From the IMG/VR virus record IMGVR_UViG_2914868299_000003: a DNA stretch of 40,231 nucleotides. One strand, 5' to 3'. Origin of the DNA: a virus. This document shows, piece after piece, positions 18,139 to 25,529 of this stretch (the first letter of the stretch is position 1; the number at the start of each line of letters is the position of its first letter). The translations under genes were made by a program, and so were the position numbers. The notes beneath the pieces are model-generated. The model was given only the letters and a program-made list of their open reading frames with translations. It made no database searches and was not told the origin of the DNA.

Positions 18139-18266
18139 ACCACGAGCAGCGCTACCGCCCTGAGGAGTTCTTCGCGATGGACGAGTCGGAGAAGACGTTC
18201 TGGATGACGCGGTATAAAGAGTACCAGGAGGAGCGCCGGAAGCTCGGAGACCAATTTCTCCCATAA
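18051..18266 (+). other. -1 programmed frameshift site (T TTT TTG, 18051-18057) and gpT-like extension ending at TAA 18264-18266
   Basis: In-frame X XXY YYZ heptamer; the -1 frame reads FGAWRRRGRKQEARDVAESSIGRFLEWLNHEQRYRPEEFFAMDESEKTFWMTRYKEYQEERRKLGDQFLP. Confidence 0.8.
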
Positions 18267-18291
18267 AATAAGGCTTCACCTGGACTGCGGC

Positions 18292-18657
18292 CTACTCTTC
18301 CATCCAGTCGGGCCGAACCTCTTCGTCACTTTCGTCAAGAATCACGGGGTCGACTTGGACGAAGTTGTTGACGACATCCCACCACGCGAGGTCGCCGTCG
18401 CCCTCTCTCGTCTGCCGCTTGAACTCGGCGCGCAACAACATCCGGCGCGCGGCTTCGTCGGAGACGCCGACCGGGGCCTCGGCCTGCGTTTCGAACTCAC
18501 TATGGAGATCGCTCAACAACCGCCACGCGCCGTTCTTCAGGAGGTCTTCGACCGTCTCGTAGCCAGTGTCATCGCGTTCGACCTCGAGCCGCAGCAGGTC
18601 GTAGAACGGGCGCTCGAGCGGCACGTCGACCACAACGTCGGGTGCATCGTCGGACAT
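18292..18657 (-). CDS. Hypothetical protein (possible RHH-like N-terminus)
   Basis: Acidic ORF, last gene of a leftward mini-operon. Confidence 0.75.
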   Translation of the reverse strand: MSDDAPDVVVDVPLERPFYDLLRLEVERDDTGYETVEDLLKNGAWRLLSDLHSEFETQAEAPVGVSDEAARRMLLRAEFKRQTREGDGDLAWWDVVNNFVQVDPVILDESDEEVRPDWMEE

Positions 18658-18852
18658 CTACGCCACCTCCACGGCATCGCTGCCCACCTCAAGCGCGACA
18701 TCTTCAACCGGCTCGCGGCCGACTTCGCGCCACTTCGCCCCCGTCCATTCGCGCTCGATTCGCAGGTAGCCGCCGCAGGTGGGCTCGAACGTGATCTTCC
18801 GGGCAGTGCCATCGACACCGCGCCAGCGGACATCGAACGCCTGTCGAGTCAT
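18658..18852 (-). CDS. Small Trp-rich beta protein
   Basis: ATGA overlap with upstream gene; RWRG...RKITFEP...RIEREWTGAKWREVGRE. Confidence 0.7.
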   Translation of the reverse strand: MTRQAFDVRWRGVDGTARKITFEPTCGGYLRIEREWTGAKWREVGREPVEDVALEVGSDAVEVA

Positions 18853-19037
18853 GCGTTCGAACACCCGTTGGCGTGCGTCAACTGGTCGGCACCGCCGAGT
18901 TTCTCGAGCAGTTCGCGGCCACAGCCTTCACAGCGCACGTACGGTTCGCCGCCCTGCTCGAGCGGTTCGACGTGGTGCGTGAACGATTCATCCGTCGTGC
19001 CGGTGGATTCAAGACCGGCGGAAGCGTTTGTCGACAT
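18849..19037 (-). CDS. Small Zn-binding protein
   Basis: CEGC...H..GC motif. Confidence 0.7.
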   Translation of the reverse strand: MSTNASAGLESTGTTDESFTHHVEPLEQGGEPYVRCEGCGRELLEKLGGADQLTHANGCSNA

Positions 19038-19127
19038 GGGTTTCGAGACCTTCTGTGAACCCGGCCCGCGTGTTGGCGCACGCGGGCGAATCGCAACGCC
19101 CCGAGAGGCCGGTGTTCACACTAACCA

Positions 19128-19208
19128 CTACGCACCAATGCATAGTAAAGGTATGGGTCCCGGACAACTACGCATTAGTGCGTACCTTTACTATGCAGGA
19201 GTGCGTAG
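19128..19208. promoter_or_regulatory. Symmetric divergent promoter/operator (26-bp inverted repeat)
   Basis: CTACGCACcaaTGCATAGTAAAGGTA ... TACCTTTACTATGCAggaGTGCGTAG, 23/26 match; four TACGCA half-sites. Confidence 0.75.
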
Positions 19209-19219
19209 GAATATACGTA

Positions 19220-19447
19220 ATGAGTCCGAACGCAACGGCCGCTATGGGACGCTACCGCGCGGTCATGACGGAAACGGATCGGGAGTACATCTCCGGCGAA
19301 GGCGATGCGACCGACCACCAAGTCCAACAGTCGGTGACTCGAGTCCGCAGTCGGATCAACGACGAACTGCCGAGGGACATCGAAATCCTCCGGGAACACC
19401 GGCCCGATCTGCTCGAGGAACTGCAGGAAGTCGTCTGCGAGGAATAG
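19220..19447 (+). CDS. Small helical protein, candidate regulator
   Basis: MSPNATAAMGRYRAVMTETDREYISG...LLEELQEVVCEE; divergent from the leftward operon. Confidence 0.75.
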   Translation: MSPNATAAMGRYRAVMTETDREYISGEGDATDHQVQQSVTRVRSRINDELPRDIEILREHRPDLLEELQEVVCEE

Positions 19448-19871
19448 GTATGGGGGGCAAGGAGCAACTAAACGCAGCCCCATCAACTGCGTTGTCGATC
19501 AACTCAGCTACGGCCGTCAGTGGGTCTGCGTTCGGGGCGAAGAAAATGTCGAAGTTGTACGAAGCGTCCGCCGCCGACTCTTTATCGGGCTACTCGCCCT
19601 TTGTCGAGTCGTCGGGTTCGGCTTCGGCCGTGGCGTCGAACGAGAACAACCCAAGCACCCTAATGCTTAAGTCGAGTCGTGACCAACGCCTCGGTGTAGC
19701 TCGCAGGAGGACTATCGCTCCTGCGAAGAGGCCGCAGACGAGAGCTAACAAGCTTGCAATCATGCAGATCGCCCGACGCCCTAACGTCGGGCGAGGTGAC
19801 CTTCTCACTCCTGCCTCAAAAACTCGAGTGGTGACGCCGCTCGAGGAACTGCAAGACGTCGTCTGCGAGGA
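19411..19871 (+). repeat. 33-bp direct repeat (19411-19443 and 19839-19871)
   Basis: GCTCGAGGAACTGCA(g/a)GA(a/c)GTCGTCTGCGAGGA, 31/33 identical; both copies encode LEELQ(E/D)VVCE. Confidence 0.9.
19590..19763 (-). CDS. Small hydrophobic peptide (57 aa, single TM)
   Basis: MIASLLALVCGLFAGAIVLLRATPRRW...; hairpin just upstream. Confidence 0.55.
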   Translation of the reverse strand: MIASLLALVCGLFAGAIVLLRATPRRWSRLDLSIRVLGLFSFDATAEAEPDDSTKGE

Positions 19872-19874
19872 GGA

Positions 19875-20807
19875 ATGACGATGGCCCAACCAGATGCCGA
19901 AGGGCTGATCACTTGCACTGGCTGTGGGCGTTCCCTCCCCGGAGACATGGAACATTTCCACAAACACCGAGGTGCTTTCAAACCGAGGTGCAAAGAGTGT
20001 CGTGGTGGAGAGTTTGGCAACTCAGGGGACATCCATCAGTGCCCGACATGCGGCGAGGAGTTTGGGAGTCGTCAAGGACTCGGGCAACACCACGCCGCGC
20101 AGCATGGCCAATCTATCCGAGAGCGCGAGGCAGAGCAGGGGCGGCATAAGTGCCCAAGAGAGTCGTGTAATCGTGGTTTCGAAGATGGAGAAAGCTTGGA
20201 AAACCATATCAAATACCACCACGGTGATGGTGTTGAGTTGGAGTGTGGGCGATGTGGCAACTCTTTCACTGTGCCTAAATCTCATGCAGATCGGCGTAGA
20301 TTCTGCAGCACCGAATGTATGGGAGAATGGGTGAGTGAGACGATGAGTGGCGAAGACCACTACAACTACAAGGGAAAGATCGAGAAGGTTTGCGAGAATT
20401 GTGGCGAAGTCTATGGGGCGTACCCATACCGCGCCGACCGCCGTATGTTTTGCAGTCCGAGTTGTCGCCACGAGTCGTTCTACATGTTGCTCGGTGGGGA
20501 GAAAAACCCACATTGGAAGGGGGGCTACGAATCATATTATGGCCCAAACTGGGAAGCCCAACGAAAAAAGGCACGGAGGAGAGACAACTTCCAATGTGAA
20601 TCTTGCGGAGTCTCTGAGGACGAAATGGATCGTGAGTTAGATGTTCACCACATCGCGCCATTCCGCACGTTCGTTGTTGGCGATGAGGCAGACTACGAGG
20701 AAGCGAACCGCCTCAAGAATCTGGTGTCTCTTTGTTCTTCTTGTCACCAGCAATGGGAACAGATGTCCCCTCTCCGACCCGATACGGGCAACGCCGCTGC
20801 CGACTGA
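19875..20807 (+). CDS. HNH endonuclease with multiple Zn-finger modules
   Basis: CxxC pairs, two C2H2 fingers, C4 repeats, GGEKNPHWKGG, CESC...LDVHHI...NLVSLCSSCH; lower GC than flanks. Confidence 0.92.
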   Translation: MTMAQPDAEGLITCTGCGRSLPGDMEHFHKHRGAFKPRCKECRGGEFGNSGDIHQCPTCGEEFGSRQGLGQHHAAQHGQSIREREAEQGRHKCPRESCNRGFEDGESLENHIKYHHGDGVELECGRCGNSFTVPKSHADRRRFCSTECMGEWVSETMSGEDHYNYKGKIEKVCENCGEVYGAYPYRADRRMFCSPSCRHESFYMLLGGEKNPHWKGGYESYYGPNWEAQRKKARRRDNFQCESCGVSEDEMDRELDVHHIAPFRTFVVGDEADYEEANRLKNLVSLCSSCHQQWEQMSPLRPDTGNAAAD

Positions 20808-20881
20808 CTTGCTGCCGATGACCCGAGAGGCGAGGCAAACAGTCACGAACACTTAACTAAATCCGTTGAGCGCTCTTGGGT

Positions 20882-21151
20882 ATGGGTAGCGAAACTGTGT
20901 CAGTTGAACGGGGGCCGTGCGAAGAATGCGCCGAGCCGATTAGCGTTGAAGCGAGCAAGTGCCCTCACTGCGATTACAACCCATCCCAACAAGCATACGC
21001 TGGCCCTCTCCTGCTAATCATGCTCGGTGGTGTGCTGACGATTTTCGTCGTCACCGCGATCGCCGGAATTCCGATGACTTTGCTCGGTGTCGGTTGGCTG
21101 GTGTGGGTGTGGTATTCGCCCACCCCTTCGCCCGTTGAGGAATCCGAATAG
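20882..21151 (+). CDS. Zn-ribbon plus 2-TM membrane protein (moron-like)
   Basis: CEEC...CPHC then long hydrophobic hairpin; AT-rich ACTTAACTAA upstream. Confidence 0.8.
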   Translation: MGSETVSVERGPCEECAEPISVEASKCPHCDYNPSQQAYAGPLLLIMLGGVLTIFVVTAIAGIPMTLLGVGWLVWVWYSPTPSPVEESE

Positions 21152-21189
21152 ACATTCGAATAACGCAGTTCGTTTTCGCGGTCCATCCA

Positions 21190-23541
21190 ATGCCAACAAT
21201 ATCAACACTAACAGCGGTACTTGAACTTGACAAAGGGCGCTTCGAATCGGAAATTGACTCTGCCAAGAGGGATCTCGATTCATTCACCGAACGGGCAGCA
21301 AGCACTGGCAAATCACTCCAGCGGGCCGGGGGAGTGATGACTGCCGGGATCACTGCCCCCCTCACAGCGATGGGGGCGCTGGCAGTGGACACGTCGAAAA
21401 CCTTCGAGCAGAGCATGGCAAATTCGCTAGCCGTCATGGGAGATGTGTCTGAGTCGATGGAGGAAGACCTCGAGGGGGCGGCACGGCGCGTAGCTCGAGA
21501 AACCACCGTCTCAGCGTCTGAGGCGGCGGATGCGTATTATTATTTGAGTAGTGCGGGCTTATCTGCCGCTCAGGCGATGGAGGCGATGCCGACAGTCACC
21601 CAATTCTCAGAAGCGGCAGGGGGTGCACTCAACATGGCCGAGGCGACTGATATCGCGACGAACGTGATGTCGGCCTACGGGTACGAGGCGAACGAAATGG
21701 GTGAGGTGACTGATACCCTCACTGCCGTCACGCAAAACCATAACCAAACTGTCAACGATATGGCGTCGGCCATGTCCCAAGTCGCCCCGGTTGCGTCGTC
21801 CCTCGGCGTCCCCTTAGAGGAAGCCAGCACTGCTATCGGAATGTTAGGAGACCAAGGCATCAGTGCGGAAAAGTCAGGGACGGCTCTCCGGAATATCCTG
21901 TCGCAACTCTCAGACAGTTCAAGCACAGCAGCCAAGCAGTTGCAGGAGGCCGGTGTACAAACCCAAGACGCGGAAGGGAATATGCTGCCGTTGGCTGAGG
22001 TCCTTGAACAAATCGAAGAATCGAGTCTCGAGGCCAGTGACGCCTCGCAAATCTTTGGTCGGGAAGCGGGGCCAGCGGCAGCCGCGTTGATCCAACAGGG
22101 GAGTGACGCACTCGAAGAAAATGCAGATCGCGTTCGCGAATCTGAGGATGCGACTAGCGATATGGCCGAAGAGATGCGCAGCACGACGCAAGGGGAGATA
22201 CAGCAAATGCGGTCGAACCTCGAAGATGTGGGGCTGACGATTGGGTCTGTGTTACTCCCCATGCTCAGTACAGCCACGAGCTACGTCTCGGGGGCGGCCG
22301 AATGGTTCCAGAATTTGAATGAAGGGCAACAAAAGGCGATCGTCGTCGTCGGTGGATTGGCGGCGGCACTCGGCCCGTTGTTGATTGGGGTGGGGACGCT
22401 GTTGACTATGCTCCCCACGATGGCAACAGGCGCGGCTATGGCGTCCGGGGCTCTATCCGGTGCGTTGCTCCCTTCCTCGGTAGCCGCGTCTGGCGGACTC
22501 TCAGGAATGGCTGCCAGTGCCCTCGCCGCACAAGTAAGCATCATGGGTTTGACAGCCCCTGTCTGGGCAGTTATCAGCGCGATCGGCCTACTCCTCAGCG
22601 CTACTGCGATTTTTGCGGCAGCGTACTCCAAAAATTGGAAGGGAATCCGCGACTACACCGAGTGGGCGATCGACCCGATCACCGACGGTATCGACTGGTT
22701 TGTCGAGAAGCTATTCGGGATCAGTTCCGCCTCGGAAAAGGTCGCAGGCGCGTTCGGTGATTTCATAGATTGGGTGGTTGAAAAGATAAATAGCATACCC
22801 AAAATCAACCTCGATAGCGGCGACCTCGGCGATTTCGACACGTCGTCTGCGAAGCCTGGCGATAAGAGTGCCAGCGATGTCATGGGCGCTGAGGAAAACC
22901 CCTACGAGGACATCGATTACGGAGAACAGGGCCAACAGGCAGGCCAGGACTTCGGGACGGGCTTCCAGAACGGCCTCGAGCTAAGCGATGTCACCAGCCA
23001 TCTGGACGACGAAATTGCCAGCGTCGAGGAGGAGCTCTCGGATCTCCATGAAGGCGGAGTTGCCCTCGAGGATCAAGAAGAGGCAGCGGAGTTGCAGCGC
23101 CGCCTTCGTGAGCTCAAAGAGCAACGCGAAGAGGTCAGAGAAGCCGACGATATCACCGACGTCGACTCCGACATCGCCGCCGAGGCCGTGCGATCTGACC
23201 TCCAGGCCGAAGAGGAGCGGGCCGCTTACCTCGATGAGGTTTACAGCCAAATCGACGGGAAAGAGGCCCCTGAGGCGGCGTCCGGGCCCTCGATGTCGTC
23301 CGAAGACGTCGACGAGCAGTCGGTCGAAGCGATGCTCGCCGAGTCCGAGGGCAGCAGCCAGAATACCGACCTCGCGACGAAACTCGATAAGATTATCGAG
23401 AAACACGACCAACTCCGAGAGACGGTCAAAACCCTCCAGCTTATCGTCGAGATGGACCTCAACAGTCGCGAATTCAACAAGATCATCGACAACCGAGCGG
23501 AGGCGAAGGCGAAGGAAGTCATCAACAACACTGGTCCATAG
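21190..23541 (+). CDS. Tape measure protein (TP901 family)
   Basis: TAGITAPL...FEQSMA...ISAEKSGTALRNIL; central TM segments; 783 aa. Confidence 0.95.
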   Translation: MPTISTLTAVLELDKGRFESEIDSAKRDLDSFTERAASTGKSLQRAGGVMTAGITAPLTAMGALAVDTSKTFEQSMANSLAVMGDVSESMEEDLEGAARRVARETTVSASEAADAYYYLSSAGLSAAQAMEAMPTVTQFSEAAGGALNMAEATDIATNVMSAYGYEANEMGEVTDTLTAVTQNHNQTVNDMASAMSQVAPVASSLGVPLEEASTAIGMLGDQGISAEKSGTALRNILSQLSDSSSTAAKQLQEAGVQTQDAEGNMLPLAEVLEQIEESSLEASDASQIFGREAGPAAAALIQQGSDALEENADRVRESEDATSDMAEEMRSTTQGEIQQMRSNLEDVGLTIGSVLLPMLSTATSYVSGAAEWFQNLNEGQQKAIVVVGGLAAALGPLLIGVGTLLTMLPTMATGAAMASGALSGALLPSSVAASGGLSGMAASALAAQVSIMGLTAPVWAVISAIGLLLSATAIFAAAYSKNWKGIRDYTEWAIDPITDGIDWFVEKLFGISSASEKVAGAFGDFIDWVVEKINSIPKINLDSGDLGDFDTSSAKPGDKSASDVMGAEENPYEDIDYGEQGQQAGQDFGTGFQNGLELSDVTSHLDDEIASVEEELSDLHEGGVALEDQEEAAELQRRLRELKEQREEVREADDITDVDSDIAAEAVRSDLQAEEERAAYLDEVYSQIDGKEAPEAASGPSMSSEDVDEQSVEAMLAESEGSSQNTDLATKLDKIIEKHDQLRETVKTLQLIVEMDLNSREFNKIIDNRAEAKAKEVINNTGP

Positions 23542-23543
23542 CG

Positions 23544-24668
23544 ATGCAACTGTACACACTCGAGTTCAACGAGGACGAAGTCGGACAGATCAGCGTCGGG
23601 GCCAGCCCCGACACTACCGAACAGACGCCGCTCGACGATCGCGGCTCAGCGGAGATGCTCGCGGGGCCGACCCCGGAGATCTCGTTCGACGTCGTCGTCG
23701 ACGGCCCGGACGGCCGGCGCCGTGCATCGGAACTCGAGCATCTGCTCTCGCAGCCGACGGTCGCGCCAGTCGCGGTCTCGATCCCGAATCAGCCCGACCT
23801 CGAGGGCTACTACGTGGGCTCGAGCGTCGATCGCGACGTCGTCCTCTCGCAGGACGGGGGCGACGATCATCACGTAGTGCCGCTGACGCTGTCCCGTTCC
23901 GGGACCCAGCAGTCGCATGACCGCGTCCTCGAGACGGACCCGACCGAGGACATCGACCATGAGTACGGCAACGACACGACGCTCCTGGTCGGCCTCCCGG
24001 CGGCCGCGGATCGGGTCCAGTGGTTCGACCTCGAGGACAAAACGCGCCAACTCGCGTCGCCGATCGAGACCCGCAGCGCCGAGGGCGGCGACATCGAGAT
24101 CTACGATCTCGCTGACGGCGAGGCCGCGGTCGGGACTGGGTCGCCGGCGATCGTCTACGACCTCGACCTCGAGGCCGACGGTGACGTTGACGTCGGCGTT
24201 TTCGATACGCAGGGGTCGGAGGACAGGGCCGACTGGGCCCGGATCGTCTCGCCCAAGGCCAGCGTCGACGACCCGGTCGTCCTGGATAACGGCCTCGCCC
24301 GCCTGCGCCTCGACGAGCCCGCCGGAACCCTCGAGGCCCAGCAGTGGGATGCGACCAACGAGACCTGGACGACGGTCGGCCTCGAGGGCTCGCAACCGTC
24401 GACGGTCACGCTGTTCGATGTCGATCTCGTCGACGTCGCGATGGCTCGTGATCAGGCCCAGCTGACCTTCGATGTCGATGGCTCGCTCTTTTCGCTGAAC
24501 GCGATCGTCAACCGCGGTGCCGAGGACGTCCTGTTTTCGATCCCGACCAACGAGTCGGGGCCGATCCCGACCGACCTCGAGGACTGGCTCGCGCCGATCG
24601 CGAGCTCGAGCGTGGTCGATCCGAACGCGTCGAAAGCACTGGTCGCCCGAAACGAGGTGCGCAAATAG
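23544..24668 (+). CDS. Tail-tip protein (distal tail-like)
   Basis: Directly after the TMP; beta-rich 374 aa. Confidence 0.65.
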   Translation: MQLYTLEFNEDEVGQISVGASPDTTEQTPLDDRGSAEMLAGPTPEISFDVVVDGPDGRRRASELEHLLSQPTVAPVAVSIPNQPDLEGYYVGSSVDRDVVLSQDGGDDHHVVPLTLSRSGTQQSHDRVLETDPTEDIDHEYGNDTTLLVGLPAAADRVQWFDLEDKTRQLASPIETRSAEGGDIEIYDLADGEAAVGTGSPAIVYDLDLEADGDVDVGVFDTQGSEDRADWARIVSPKASVDDPVVLDNGLARLRLDEPAGTLEAQQWDATNETWTTVGLEGSQPSTVTLFDVDLVDVAMARDQAQLTFDVDGSLFSLNAIVNRGAEDVLFSIPTNESGPIPTDLEDWLAPIASSSVVDPNASKALVARNEVRK

Positions 24669-25529
24669 ATGGTCCAAACGATCAGCGGCACGGTCACGCA
24701 GGATGGATCGGCAGCCGAACACGCAGTCGTCGCGATCTACGACCTCACCGACGGGACGATCGCCGGGACGGCACGGACCGACTCGAGCGGCAACTACTCG
24801 ATCGACGTGTCCCCGGACAGCCACAACTACGCGCCGTTTGCATGGCTCTACGAACCCGGGACGGGCCGGTGGTACGTCGAGGCGCTGGTCGCGAACGTGA
24901 CCGACGCAGCGGCGAACCCCTACGGGATGATCGATAACTTCGAACGAGGGAATCTCAATCCGTATTCGGGGTCGCCGGGTTCGTGGCAGCTTGTCTCTGG
25001 ATCAGATGCGATCACGGGCAACTACTCGCTCTACGGGACCGATGGTGATGGACAGATTTTCAGCTACCCCGGAGATGGATTGGGGTTCTATCCGTCGAAA
25101 GGGGATGTCTTTTCACTAATCGGAGAAATAACTGGGAACTTATTCATACTATATAATGTAGAGGACAGCGACAATTGCTATTTCGCCCGCCCATCCCCAT
25201 ATCAGGATGACCTTATATTGGGGTACTACAGCGGTGGTAATTATAACACCTATAAAACAAAAGATGTCACTTTGTCCGATTTGGCCACGCTCGAGTACGA
25301 GGTAGAGTGGCATGATGGTAACGGGTCACAATCGGATGATACGACTGTACTGAACATCTACTCGCTCGATAGTAATCTCGAGCGGAACGGACAGGTAACC
25401 TCCATCACAGGAACCTCATCTGTTTTCATCGGGGGTGATGGGGTTGGGCTTGACATCGGCGGATATCAGAAAGATGGAACGATCGACACCTTCCGGAAAC
25501 TTGGTACAGTGGAGGAACTCGGGCGATGA
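24669..25529 (+). CDS. Putative receptor-binding/adhesin: Ig-like N-terminus and lower-GC lectin-like C-terminus
   Basis: ISGTVT...ARTDSSGNYSI prealbumin-like pattern; Gly/Tyr/Asn-rich C-terminus with a codon shift from about 24930. Confidence 0.6.
   Translation: MVQTISGTVTQDGSAAEHAVVAIYDLTDGTIAGTARTDSSGNYSIDVSPDSHNYAPFAWLYEPGTGRWYVEALVANVTDAAANPYGMIDNFERGNLNPYSGSPGSWQLVSGSDAITGNYSLYGTDGDGQIFSYPGDGLGFYPSKGDVFSLIGEITGNLFILYNVEDSDNCYFARPSPYQDDLILGYYSGGNYNTYKTKDVTLSDLATLEYEVEWHDGNGSQSDDTTVLNIYSLDSNLERNGQVTSITGTSSVFIGGDGVGLDIGGYQKDGTIDTFRKLGTVEELGR

Noticed and set aside
18355-19878. 507-aa plus-strand ORF
   Set aside because: Shadow of three minus-strand genes that then crosses the promoter; composition is not protein-like. 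Only its last codons are the orphan duplicated gene end.
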